Below are positions 1 through 8,856 of a stretch of DNA of 49,089 nucleotides, piece by piece; the first letter of the stretch is position 1; each line of letters starts with the position of its first letter. A model generated the notes under the pieces. The model did no database searches. It was not told the DNA's origin and saw only the letters and a program-made list of their open reading frames with translations. Made by a program: the position numbers and the translations under genes. The DNA comes from a virus: the IMG/VR virus record IMGVR_UViG_3300019373_000002; one strand, written 5' to 3'.

Positions 1-123
1 CCCGTAATAATTAAATTTGTGTTCCATAGGCTGACAAAAGAAAATAGGCTTTCAACCTATGCTTGCATAAACTACGGGGAAGCCTACGCCCCGGAAGAAA
101 TAGCAGACCGCAGCATTGTGATA
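1..123. repeat. Terminal direct repeat, copy 1 (probable circular-assembly overlap)
   Basis: Read by eye as base-for-base identical to 48967..49089 (offset 48966). Confidence 0.9.
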
Positions 124-161
124 AATGGCGATTGCGGAAGTGTCATTGAAGCGTTGCTGGG

Positions 162-1619
162 TCACGCATAAAAATATAATGTGATTTCTTTCTTTACATT
201 GTCACACATGATTTTTTCAATCAGTGCATGACTGCTGGCTGCTTTCTGGTCCATTGGTGCGTCTGATTGCAGCAGGGAGAGGGCAGACAAGCATTTTTCT
301 TGAAAAGCGGATGGGTCAAAGGCGGGCTGCGCTATGCTGTCCCGTCTGGCTTCCAGATTTTCAATGGCGGCGGTCAGCCGCACTTTGTTTTCCCGGTATT
401 CTTCCAGCGTGTCAATTTCTTCAATGTACGCTTTCTTTGCCCGTGAAAGCTGGTTTTTCAGCTTCTTCAATTCTGCGTCATAGTCAATAATGCTTTTTGG
501 CTGCGGGCTGGTCAAGTGCAGCTGGTAAATGTTTTCCGGGCTGTCATAGACGCTTTGCAGCGTTTCAAAAATCAGCTTTTCCACAATTTCCACTTTGACA
601 GACAGATTTTCACAGCTTGCGCCGTTCATGGAATTGTTACAGCGGTAGCGGGGCTTTCTGCCGCCGGGACGCTGGGACACATAGGAGAGAGACCCACCGC
701 AGTAAGGGCAGCGCATAAGCCCGGAAAGCCAGTGCGCATATTGGTTTGTTGCCCGTTCATATTTCTTGTGCTTTACCGCCCGTTCTTCCATGATTGCTTG
801 CACCTTGTCAAATGTTTCTTTTTCCACAATGGGCGGGTGTTTCCCGTCATATATGCCGTGCTGTCCATCCAGATTGACTTCAAGCTGTCCGCAGTATGTG
901 CGGTTTTTCAGCGTGTAGCATACTTGTGTATTTGTCCAGTTGTACCCTTTGCGGGTCTTGCAGCCGCTTTCATTCAGCTGCTTTGCAATCTGGAGATATG
1001 GCACACCGTCAATGACTTGCCGGAAGATGTACCGCACCCATTCTGCTTCATCATCAACAATGACAAGCTGGCGGGCGTTTCTGTCCATCCGATACCCAAA
1101 AGGGGCAAAGCCCAGATGTTCTTTGCGGTCAACAACCTTTGCCCGTATTCCACGCTTGCTGTCCTTTGACAACTTCCGCAGATATAATTCACCGCTTGCG
1201 CCGTTGATAGCGTCAATGTATAGTTGTGCGTCTTCATCTTGCACCATTGGTTCTGATACGGCAATAACAGAAATACCGTGCTGGCGTATCATTTGTTTAT
1301 ATGTTAAAAATTCAACCATATTCCGGGAAAAACGGAAGCTGTCCCAGATAAGCAGTGCTTTTATGTCCGGCAGCCGCCCAGTGGTTATATCCTCAATCAT
1401 TTGCAGGAAGCCGGGACGCTTTGCGACAGTGCCGCCGCTTATTCCATCATCACTGTATGTCTTGACAATCTTATATTTGTTCCGCTTTGCCCAGTCAAGG
1501 TTGAATTTGTGCTGGTCCCCCACGGAGTATTCTTGATGGTCCGTGGAAGCCCTTGTGTATTCAATGGCTGGTATCAAAAAATCACCTACTTTCTGCGGTT
1601 TTCCTTTTATTTCCCGCAC
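162..1619 (-). CDS. Large serine recombinase (phage integrase)
   Basis: 485 aa. N-terminal resolvase-type motif YTRASTDHQ, central recombinase domain, and a C-terminal Cys cluster CPYCGG..RYRCNN (zinc ribbon). Confidence 0.9.
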   Translation of the reverse strand: MREIKGKPQKVGDFLIPAIEYTRASTDHQEYSVGDQHKFNLDWAKRNKYKIVKTYSDDGISGGTVAKRPGFLQMIEDITTGRLPDIKALLIWDSFRFSRNMVEFLTYKQMIRQHGISVIAVSEPMVQDEDAQLYIDAINGASGELYLRKLSKDSKRGIRAKVVDRKEHLGFAPFGYRMDRNARQLVIVDDEAEWVRYIFRQVIDGVPYLQIAKQLNESGCKTRKGYNWTNTQVCYTLKNRTYCGQLEVNLDGQHGIYDGKHPPIVEKETFDKVQAIMEERAVKHKKYERATNQYAHWLSGLMRCPYCGGSLSYVSQRPGGRKPRYRCNNSMNGASCENLSVKVEIVEKLIFETLQSVYDSPENIYQLHLTSPQPKSIIDYDAELKKLKNQLSRAKKAYIEEIDTLEEYRENKVRLTAAIENLEARRDSIAQPAFDPSAFQEKCLSALSLLQSDAPMDQKAASSHALIEKIMCDNVKKEITLYFYA

Positions 1620-1720
1620 CGTAAGTGATAGTATAACAGTGCGGATGGTATGTTGTATCTGGTATAATATATTGTGCGCCGCCCCGGTAGTGTTCCCAGC
1701 ACCGCCGGGGCATTTTAGTT

Positions 1721-2548
1721 TTATTCTGATAAATACCGATATTCACGGTATATGTATTCACGGCATTGCATTACATCCGGCGCAAAAGAAATATAATAAT
1801 GCTTGTTGCAGAGTTTGCGCAGCAGTTTTGCGTCATTGTCAATAATCCATTTTATCATTTCACGCTTCGTACTTTTGGAAGTCGGCGTGTATTCGTTCTT
1901 TGCAACCGCAAGAGCCGCAATAATATCATTCTTGTTGTAATTTTCATCAAGGATGGCGTAATAGTCCGAACTTTCACAGACAAGCCCGCTTTCAATGCAG
2001 CTGGCAGGGACAGCCGATTTCTTCACTTCAAAATCACAATTACAGCCAATTTCTATGAGTTTAACGAACTTTACACGGTCATTGAATGGCAATGCGTCAA
2101 TACGCTGGCGCAATTCCGGGGGTATGCCGGAAATATCCCAGTCACGGTCAACAATGCCCAATTCTAAAGCCAGTCTATAAATATGCTTGCAGGGTAGCCC
2201 CAGTGCAGACTTTGAAAAGTCTTCACAATCACAGCTATTAAGCGTGACATTGTATATTTTTGAAGCGTCAACGGAACTGCGGATTTTACAGCGCATTTTC
2301 TTTTTGTCAAATGAAACAATCTTGCCTATCTGGTTATCGGAACAAGCCCGCTGGAAGCGTTCAAATTGCCTATCTGAACAATGAAAGCCAGCCCCACGCC
2401 CATTGATAAATAAATCTGCGGCGGCGTTTAATGCTTCATGCTGGCTGGCTTCTTCTGCGGCTTGTCTTTCTGCGGCTTCCGCTTCCCATTTTTTCAATGT
2501 GTTGGTCACACGGTCAATAAAAGAGTGAAGCCCCATGAAATCACCCAC
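1721..2548 (-). CDS. SWIM zinc-finger protein of unknown function, in the lysogeny operon
   Basis: 275 aa. CxC..CxH signature in NSCDCEDFSKSALGLPCKHIY. Lies 13 bp downstream of the repressor gene on the same strand. Confidence 0.6.
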   Translation of the reverse strand: MGDFMGLHSFIDRVTNTLKKWEAEAAERQAAEEASQHEALNAAADLFINGRGAGFHCSDRQFERFQRACSDNQIGKIVSFDKKKMRCKIRSSVDASKIYNVTLNSCDCEDFSKSALGLPCKHIYRLALELGIVDRDWDISGIPPELRQRIDALPFNDRVKFVKLIEIGCNCDFEVKKSAVPASCIESGLVCESSDYYAILDENYNKNDIIAALAVAKNEYTPTSKSTKREMIKWIIDNDAKLLRKLCNKHYYISFAPDVMQCREYIYREYRYLSE

Positions 2549-2561
2549 TTTCTATTTAATT

Positions 2562-3077
2562 TTAGTTAGCTGCTTTCTTTTCTGTGCTTGTGTCGCTGGT
2601 GATACTCGAAGCAGTAAAGCCCGTTTTCTGCGCAGAAGATAAGACGCTCTTTTTATATAATTCTTCTGCTTCTTCAACCGTCATTTCTTCTGGAGAAGTA
2701 GCAGGAGCGGCAGCAGGCGCAGCAAAAACACTTCCGAAACGCTCAATAAGCAATTCCCGCATATCTGGCGGCAACTCAAAGTAAGTTTTCATTATCTGCA
2801 ATTCAATTTCTGTTGCGCCGTGTTGCTTCACAAAATCGTCAAGGCTGAATGTTTCTGGTTCAATAATCATTTCACCGTTACCAGTACGCAACCATTCTTC
2901 ATTCAATCCATCAACAGCAAGACAGATACTTTTGATTGTTTGGTCGGTAACAGTCGCACCGGGCTTTTCAAAAGAAGAAACGCTGGTTTGCTTCATTCCG
3001 ATTAACAACGCAAAGTCTGTCTGGTTCAATTTCAGATGGTCTTTTCTCAAAGCCCGTATGCGTTCATTGATTGTCAT
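2562..3077 (-). CDS. XRE/cI-like HTH repressor
   Basis: HTH segment LNQTDFALLIGMKQTSVSSFE. An ATG at 3077 is preceded by an AGGGGTG RBS (the ORF track starts at GTG 3086). Divergent from the early operon. Confidence 0.8.
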   Translation of the reverse strand: MTINERIRALRKDHLKLNQTDFALLIGMKQTSVSSFEKPGATVTDQTIKSICLAVDGLNEEWLRTGNGEMIIEPETFSLDDFVKQHGATEIELQIMKTYFELPPDMRELLIERFGSVFAAPAAAPATSPEEMTVEEAEELYKKSVLSSAQKTGFTASSITSDTSTEKKAAN

Positions 3078-3114
3078 AATCAGCACCCCTTTCTACAAGA
3101 TTGTATCTACATAA

Positions 3115-3214
3115 TAACGACAGTCGTTAAAAATGTCAATAGAATTTTCGGAAAAACGCTTGACAAATAACGAGGGTCGTTATAATATGGGTATCAAGAT
3201 AACGACAGCCGTTA
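3115..3214. promoter_or_regulatory. Three 15-bp operator-like inverted repeats (TAACGA-N3-TCGTTA) with a candidate early promoter
   Basis: Repeats: TAACGACAGTCGTTA at 3115..3129, TAACGAGGGTCGTTA at 3168..3182, TAACGACAGCCGTTA at 3200..3214. TTGACA at 3160..3165 and TATAAT at 3181..3186 overlap the middle site; their spacer is only 15 bp. Confidence 0.65.
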
Positions 3215-3265
3215 AAACAAGACCGCTGGACGGTATCTGATTTTTAAGAATAGGAGGGACAAAGC

Positions 3266-3460
3266 ATGGCAGCAGTACAAATGGAAACACTGCTGAAAAC
3301 TGAAAGCAAGCCGGAAGCAGAAAAGGTCATGCAGCTTTTAGGAGGTATGACCGCAGCACAGAAAAGTGAAATGCTGGTTTTCATGCAGGGTGTGTGCTTT
3401 GCAAACAAAATGCAGGGCAACAAGGAAACATCCAAAGCCACAGCAGTCCAGACCGTATAA
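3266..3460 (+). CDS. Small hypothetical protein, first early gene (cro position)
   Basis: 64 aa. A GGAGGG RBS lies upstream of the ATG. No motif recognised. Confidence 0.5.
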   Translation: MAAVQMETLLKTESKPEAEKVMQLLGGMTAAQKSEMLVFMQGVCFANKMQGNKETSKATAVQTV

Positions 3461-3474
3461 AGGAGGTGGAAGCC

Positions 3475-3657
3475 GTGGCAAAGGAAAAGGAGGGCTGGAA
3501 AGTCCGTGCAATAGGGGTGCAATTCATAGAGGGGCGGCGGGTAGAAAGACCGCTGGAGGATTTCAGCAAAGAAGAACTGCAAGAAATAGCCGCCCGGATG
3601 AATGAAAAAGCACTGCGGGCAGCGGGATATATACCAGCAAGGGCAGCCGCAATGTGA
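3475..3657 (+). CDS. Hypothetical protein
   Basis: In-frame GTG at 3475, 8 nt after AGGAGG (3461..3466), immediately after the stop of the previous gene. The ORF track gives a longer 3394 start. Confidence 0.45.
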   Translation: MAKEKEGWKVRAIGVQFIEGRRVERPLEDFSKEELQEIAARMNEKALRAAGYIPARAAAM

Positions 3658-3701
3658 AAGAGAGGTGAAGCAGGATGGAAGCGGCAGCAGAAAAGCAAAG
3701 T

Positions 3702-3737
3702 GAAAGCCCGTTGCAACGGGAATTACAACGGGCTTTC
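3702..3737. other. 12-bp perfect inverted repeat (GAAAGCCCGTTG / CAACGGGCTTTC)
   Basis: Arms at 3702..3713 and 3726..3737 with a 12-nt loop, in the 410-bp non-coding region upstream of the Rep-like gene. No T-tract follows. Confidence 0.5.
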
Positions 3738-3807
3738 AATCAGTCGATTACATACAATTTTTAACCAAAACTATTGTACCATATCGGCGCATAAAAAGCA
3801 AGAAAAA

Positions 3808-3965
3808 TATACTTCCGTAAGTGATTTTTTACACACGGTCTGTATATACTTCCGTAAGATAGCGGAAACGCCAGAAAACAAGCGGTTTTTGATACCGCAT
3901 GGCGGGCTTGTATGGGGTATTAACATTCCTACGAAATAGAGTATATAAAGTTATACTTCCGTAAG
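3808..3965 (+). promoter_or_regulatory. Cluster A of the TATACTTCCGTAAG motif (3 copies)
   Basis: Copies at 3808..3821, 3845..3858 and 3952..3965, all in the same orientation, in non-coding DNA upstream of the Rep-like gene. Confidence 0.7.
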
Positions 3966-4067
3966 ATATGGACAATAGGGAGATAAAAGACAGAGGGTGA
4001 GGGACACCCCGGCTTCTTCCAGATACCCAAAAGCGCATAGAGGATATGGGGACAATGGGGAATAGGA

Positions 4068-5096
4068 GTGCAGCGGGTGTTTATCAGAGAGAAGAAGACC
4101 GACTGCGCCGATTATAGGGAAGTTGACATTATACCCAGAACAGAAGAAGCGGAAATGGCAAGTAGGGGAAAGAGGGGGAAGCGCAGGAAAGCGCAGAAGC
4201 CCAAACAGAACGCCTTGAACGATAAGAACGCCAAACGGTATCTTGTACAGCTGGCAAATGGGAACTTCCATGCAGGGGATTTGCACACAACATTGACATA
4301 CAGTGCAGAGAACTTGCCGGGTACAGTCGAAGAAGCGGAAAAGATAGTAAATAACTATCTACGCCGGATTGCATACCGCAGAAAGAAGCTGGGCATTGAC
4401 CCATTGAAATATATTCTGGTCACTGAATACAAACTGGACAAAGACGGTGGGTGGCTGAAAAGGGTACACCATCACATCATCATGAATGGCGGCATGGACC
4501 GTGACGAAGTGGAAATGATGTGGACTGCGCAGCGTATCAACTGGAAAAGGGCAGACAGCCCGGACAAGCAAGCAGCGCAGGAGTACCGGGACAGCGTAAA
4601 GCGGATGGGCTGGGGCAATGCAGACCGTGTGCAGACGGATGATAACGGGATTGAAGCATTGTGCAAGTACATCACAAAGGACCCGCAGGGAAAGAAGCGG
4701 TACAGCAGTAGCCGAAACCTTGACCGCCCGGAAACAGAACGGACGGACAGCACGGAAAAGGCAGCAGCAGACCAGAACTTGTGGAAAGCAAGCCGCAATC
4801 TGGCAGAACCAACAGAGAAATGCAACGATTTCAAGTATAGCCGCCGCAAGGTAGAGCAACTGGCAAAGTCCCCGGACGGGGGATTGTCGGAGTTTGAAAA
4901 GATATATGCAGATTATGACATTGTATCTTGTGAACCTATCTACTACGAACAGACGGGCTGGCATATTTACTTGAAGATGTGGAAGAAGAAACCCCAGCAA
5001 AGGGGAAAACCAAAGGGAGGTAATGCAAATGCGAACAGCAGAAAGCAAAAGAGGTATGGCAAGGGTTGCAGCAGTGCGCCGCCGCCGGAAGATTAG
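4068..5096 (+). CDS. HUH-endonuclease-type replication initiator (Rep-like)
   Basis: 342 aa. HUH-like VHHHIIM and a downstream Y-x-x-K (LCKYITKD). The start codon is uncertain (GTG 4068 or 4077, or ATG 4156). Confidence 0.55.
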   Translation: MQRVFIREKKTDCADYREVDIIPRTEEAEMASRGKRGKRRKAQKPKQNALNDKNAKRYLVQLANGNFHAGDLHTTLTYSAENLPGTVEEAEKIVNNYLRRIAYRRKKLGIDPLKYILVTEYKLDKDGGWLKRVHHHIIMNGGMDRDEVEMMWTAQRINWKRADSPDKQAAQEYRDSVKRMGWGNADRVQTDDNGIEALCKYITKDPQGKKRYSSSRNLDRPETERTDSTEKAAADQNLWKASRNLAEPTEKCNDFKYSRRKVEQLAKSPDGGLSEFEKIYADYDIVSCEPIYYEQTGWHIYLKMWKKKPQQRGKPKGGNANANSRKQKRYGKGCSSAPPPED

Positions 5097-5841
5097 ACGC
5101 ATAATGAGCAATTACGGCAATTACATATTAGCGGCAGCAGTCGCAGTGGTTGTCATTGTATGTGTGTCTATTCTGGCGGCGGTTTTTAGTGCAAAGGGAA
5201 GCACGGCAGAAGCAGGAAGCACCGAAACGGCAGAGCCGGAAGAAATAAGGGTGGTTGTCATTGAAGCGGACAAGCCAGCCGGGGAAACAACGGCAGCAAG
5301 CATTGATGATACATACCCGTTCAACATTATGTCAAGGGACTGGGACGGTGAAGACCTTGTGGGCTTCAAGGCGTATCAGATACCGCATGAACTTGAAGTG
5401 GACGGCGGCAGTTTCCCAGATGTAATGCAGAAATACACATACATAATATGCAATCAAGCCGGAGTGGAATATACAAAGGTGCTGGCAATGATTGAGATTG
5501 AAAGCGGTTATCAGTGGGGAGCAGTCGGCAGCGGCGGTGACATAGGCTATATGCAGATAATGCAGAAATGGCATGAAGAACGCATGGAGAAGCTGGGCTG
5601 CGGCAACATATATGACCCGTTCCAAAATATCCGAGTGGGCGTTGATTACCTTGCAGAACTGCTGGAAAAGTACGGCGGCAGCTATGAAAAAGCGTTGACG
5701 GCGTACCAGTACGGACCATCCGGCGCATACAAATACTGGTTTTCTGCCAGGGTGAACGCTTCACCATACGCAAAAGAGGTGCTGGCAAAGGCTGCACGGA
5801 TTGAAGAAGAAATGGAGGTGCAAGCGGATGTTGGGGAATGA
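5029..5841 (+). CDS. Membrane-anchored lytic transglycosylase (SLT domain)
   Basis: N-terminal TM segment NYILAAAVAVVVIVCVSILAAVF. SLT motifs MIEIESGY, GYMQI and AYQYG. ATG 5029 lies 8 nt after GGGAGG. Confidence 0.75.
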   Translation: MRTAESKRGMARVAAVRRRRKIRRIMSNYGNYILAAAVAVVVIVCVSILAAVFSAKGSTAEAGSTETAEPEEIRVVVIEADKPAGETTAASIDDTYPFNIMSRDWDGEDLVGFKAYQIPHELEVDGGSFPDVMQKYTYIICNQAGVEYTKVLAMIEIESGYQWGAVGSGGDIGYMQIMQKWHEERMEKLGCGNIYDPFQNIRVGVDYLAELLEKYGGSYEKALTAYQYGPSGAYKYWFSARVNASPYAKEVLAKAARIEEEMEVQADVGE

Positions 5842-6196
5842 AAGCGGGCTGGAAAGACCGCAGCTGGGACAGCTGCTTGATGTGCTGATACCCAGCGACA
5901 GAATAAAGGTGTTTGACGGCGCAAGCGAGAAAGACCCGGTATTGTTCACGGGATTTGCTGCAAATTTCAATTACACACGGGAACACATAGACAGGTCCCG
6001 CAGGATTGCGAGGGTGGGGCTGGGTACAGACATTTTCCGCAAGGAAAAACCCGGAAGCTGGAACACTTTTGCACATTCAACGGCACTGGGCGAAGAAGTC
6101 CCGGTTGAAAGTATCAGCAATTTTGAATATGCGGACTTGCAGGAAATCATATACACAAGAATATTTCTGGAGGTGGCAGCGGATGAAACAGAATGA
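5828..6196 (+). CDS. Hypothetical protein
   Basis: In-frame ATG at 5828 follows a GGAGG RBS. It overlaps the preceding stop, as other genes in this operon do. Confidence 0.45.
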   Translation: MLGNESGLERPQLGQLLDVLIPSDRIKVFDGASEKDPVLFTGFAANFNYTREHIDRSRRIARVGLGTDIFRKEKPGSWNTFAHSTALGEEVPVESISNFEYADLQEIIYTRIFLEVAADETE

Positions 6197-6623
6197 ACGC
6201 AAAGAAGTTGTCATTTCACTTCACCCGGAATGGTGGGAGCGGATGAAAGCAGGGGAAAAGCTGCTGGAGATACGCAAGACCAGACCGCAGGGAAAAGGAC
6301 CGTTCACGGTCATGGTATATGTGACTGGCGGCGTGGGCGTTGTCGGTGAATTTGTCTGCGATTGCTTTTATCAGATACCCACAAAGCAAATACCCGTCTG
6401 GGCATTGCCAGAGGATGAAGAAAAGCCGCCGTACAATCTGGAAAAGGTAAGTTGTCTGACACGGCAGCAGTTGCAGCAGTACGCCGGGGACACGGACAAG
6501 CCGTTGTGGGGCTGGCATATAACAAAGCTGGTGGAATATGACACCAGATTGACGCTTTCTGATTTAGGCATTAAGACTGCGCCGCAGTCATGGTGCTATT
6601 CAAAGTTAGGAGGTGCAGCGTAA
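6183..6623 (+). CDS. ASCH (PUA-like) domain protein
   Basis: SLHPEWWERMKAGEKLLEIRKTRP resembles the ASCH N-terminal strand-helix motif. ATG 6183 follows a GGAGG RBS. Confidence 0.5.
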   Translation: MKQNERKEVVISLHPEWWERMKAGEKLLEIRKTRPQGKGPFTVMVYVTGGVGVVGEFVCDCFYQIPTKQIPVWALPEDEEKPPYNLEKVSCLTRQQLQQYAGDTDKPLWGWHITKLVEYDTRLTLSDLGIKTAPQSWCYSKLGGAA

Positions 6624-6902
6624 ATGGCAAGCAACAGAATGAGTGTAAAACGAAAGAAAGACAGAACAACATATTGCTATAACGGAAATTTAGAAGCAAC
6701 GATTAAAGCCAGCAAAGAAGAAGTGCAAAAGAAAAGGGAAAGTCAAGAGAGGGTCTTTCTCAAATGGCAATACGAAAAAGCAAAGAAAGCACATGAAGCA
6801 TACGAAAGACGGATTGAAGACCTTGACAGCTTTATCGAACTGGCAGAAAGAGAACTTGCAAAAGAACACAAAAAGGAGGGCGCAGCAGATGGAGAAAATT
6901 AA
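6624..6902 (+). CDS. Hypothetical coiled-coil protein
   Basis: 92 aa, rich in Lys and Glu. AGGAGG lies upstream. Confidence 0.45.
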   Translation: MASNRMSVKRKKDRTTYCYNGNLEATIKASKEEVQKKRESQERVFLKWQYEKAKKAHEAYERRIEDLDSFIELAERELAKEHKKEGAADGEN

Positions 6903-7305
6903 AAAATCAGAGAGCATGGAAGCGATAGCCCAGAAAGTCATTGAAGAACACAAAGAAGATTTCGACTGGATAGAGTACGAAGAAATCAAGATTGCCTATG
7001 TGTATTCAGACAAAGAGAAGCGGCAGCAGGGGCGCAAGGTATTTGGGGAGTGCAGAAAAGCAGACCCGACAACAAAGGAACTGGCGCAGTGTGATTTCAT
7101 CATCACATTTTACGAACCGAACACACGGCGATTTTCTGAAAAGCAATTATACATCCTTATGTATCATGAATTGCTTCATGCAAGCATGAAAAGCGGAAAC
7201 GCCGCAATACAGCCGCATGATTATGTTGTGGGCGATTTCAGAAAGATTGTGGAAAAATACGGCGCAGACTGGGCAGAGCCGGGAAAGGATGAAGCAGCAG
7301 AATGA
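6889..7305 (+). CDS. Putative Zn-metallopeptidase-like protein (HExxH)
   Basis: LYILMYHELLHA contains an HExxH motif. ATG 6889 follows an AGGAGGG RBS. Confidence 0.5.
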   Translation: MEKIKKSESMEAIAQKVIEEHKEDFDWIEYEEIKIAYVYSDKEKRQQGRKVFGECRKADPTTKELAQCDFIITFYEPNTRRFSEKQLYILMYHELLHASMKSGNAAIQPHDYVVGDFRKIVEKYGADWAEPGKDEAAE

Positions 7306-8856
7306 ATGAAAACCAGATACAACTAACGCTGGGCAGCCTATTTGACGGAATAGCGGGTTTCCCGCTTGCGGCAGCAGGGCTGGGGATAAAAACAATATGG
7401 ACCAGCGAAATTGAACAAAACTGCGTGGAGATAGCGGCAAGGCACTTCCCGGAAGCAAAGCAGCTGGGAGATATAACGAAGCTGAACGGGGCAGACATTG
7501 ACCCGGTGGACATAATCAGTTTTGGCAGTCCGTGCCAGAACCTATCAACGGCAGGAAACCAAAAAGGACTTGACGGCGAAAAGTCGCAGCTTTTCTTTGA
7601 AGCCGTAAGAATAGTTTATGAAATGCGAGGTGCAACAGATGGAAAATACCCAAAATACATTATCTGGGAAAATGTGGCAGGGGCTTTTTCAAGCAATAAA
7701 GGGCAGGATTTCCGCAGAGTGCTTGAAGAAATCACAAAGACCTACATTCCAATGCCTAATAGTCGAAGATGGGCAGCAGCAGGAATGGTTAGAAGCGGGG
7801 GGGGGCAGTACGGCTTGGCGAGAAATGGACGCTCAATATTGGGGAGTACCCCAGCGAAGAAAGAGGGTGTACCTTGTTCACTGTTTTGGAAATGACCGTG
7901 CCGGACAAATACTATTTGAGTGCGAAAGCGTGTTGCGGAATATTGCGCAGGGCGAAGCAGAGGGGCAGGACGCTTCCGGGTCCGCTGGAAGAAGCACTGA
8001 AACAGCAGATAGAACGCCAACAGTCTATACCATTGCAGGAAACGCAATAGGACGCACCGGGAAGAACGGTGGAAACCAGCTGGGCATTGGTCAAGATGTA
8101 AGTTACACGCTGACAGCAGCAGACAGACACGCAGTTGCGGTCCCGGAGTTTGAAGCATACAGACTTTCTGGGTATGGCGATTATAAAGAGGGCGTGGGGA
8201 CATTGAGAGCCAGCGGCGGCGATTACGGGGGGGGCAGTGAAACAATGATAGTTGAAAAAAGATTGCAATATGCGGAAGCGTACCAGCACCACGGGTACAG
8301 AATGAGCGAAACAGCAAACACACTGACCGCCGGACAGAATAGCAGCGTAAGAGGTGACACCAGCTTTGTGATTGAAAATGATGTGGTCCGTTTTGAAGAT
8401 TTCACCGTGAATGATGATTGCGGCAGCAGATGGGCTTATATCTGCCCAGAGTGCGTGAAGAAATATGGCATTTCAGAAGCGTTGCTGGCTGACGGTTGCG
8501 CCGCAGGGTGTATGTGCAGCGTTGAGGGCTGCAAGAATGAAGCAGACTGGTATATTGACATCCCGGAAGACACAGAGGGACCGGCAGAGCATGAAAGCGT
8601 CTGGGAGATTGCAGCGGATAAGCTGCGGGGAATAGGACGGCGCATTGTTTACAAGGTGCGAAGACAGACACCCACGGAATGTGAACGGCTTGACGGCTTC
8701 CCGGACGGATGGACGAAGTTTGACACAAAGGGCAATGAAATTTCTGACACCGCAAGATACACGGCACTGGGAAACAGCATTGCTATACCGTGCGCAGTCC
8801 GGGTGTTTCAAGGGATTGCAGCAGTTGAAAGAGAGGTGACGCAAGGTGGAAGCTGA
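7302..8856 (+). CDS. DNA (cytosine-5) methyltransferase, split by a frameshift at a G9 tract as sequenced
   Basis: Frame A (7302..7895) carries motif I (LFDGIAGF), motif IV (GSPCQ) and IWENV. Frame B (7618..8856) carries QYWGVPQRRKRVYLV, TPTECERLDGFP and GNSIAIP. The frames join cleanly if the G9 run at 7797..7805 were G8. Confidence 0.8.
7797..7805 (+). repeat. Poly-G tract (G9) at the methyltransferase frame junction
   Basis: Counted directly: 4 G at the end of the line finishing at 7800, plus 5 G at 7801..7805. Confidence 0.9.
8227..8234 (+). repeat. Second poly-G tract (G8) in the same methyltransferase gene
   Basis: gattacGGGGGGGGcag. It is in frame in the distal reading frame and encodes GGG. 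Confidence 0.85.

Noticed and set aside
1-123. The terminal repeats as biological direct terminal repeats, LTRs or attL/attR of an integrated prophage.
   Set aside because: No host-like flanking genes are present. The gene order is continuous across the junction, and the packaging enzyme is the cos-type GpA family. An assembly overlap of a circular molecule is the simplest reading, though I could not verify it without reads.
7302-8856. Treating 7302..7895 and 7618..8856 as two separate overlapping genes.
   Set aside because: The conserved C5-methyltransferase motifs are split between the two frames in the correct order. They join at the G9 run, so this is one gene with a frameshift.
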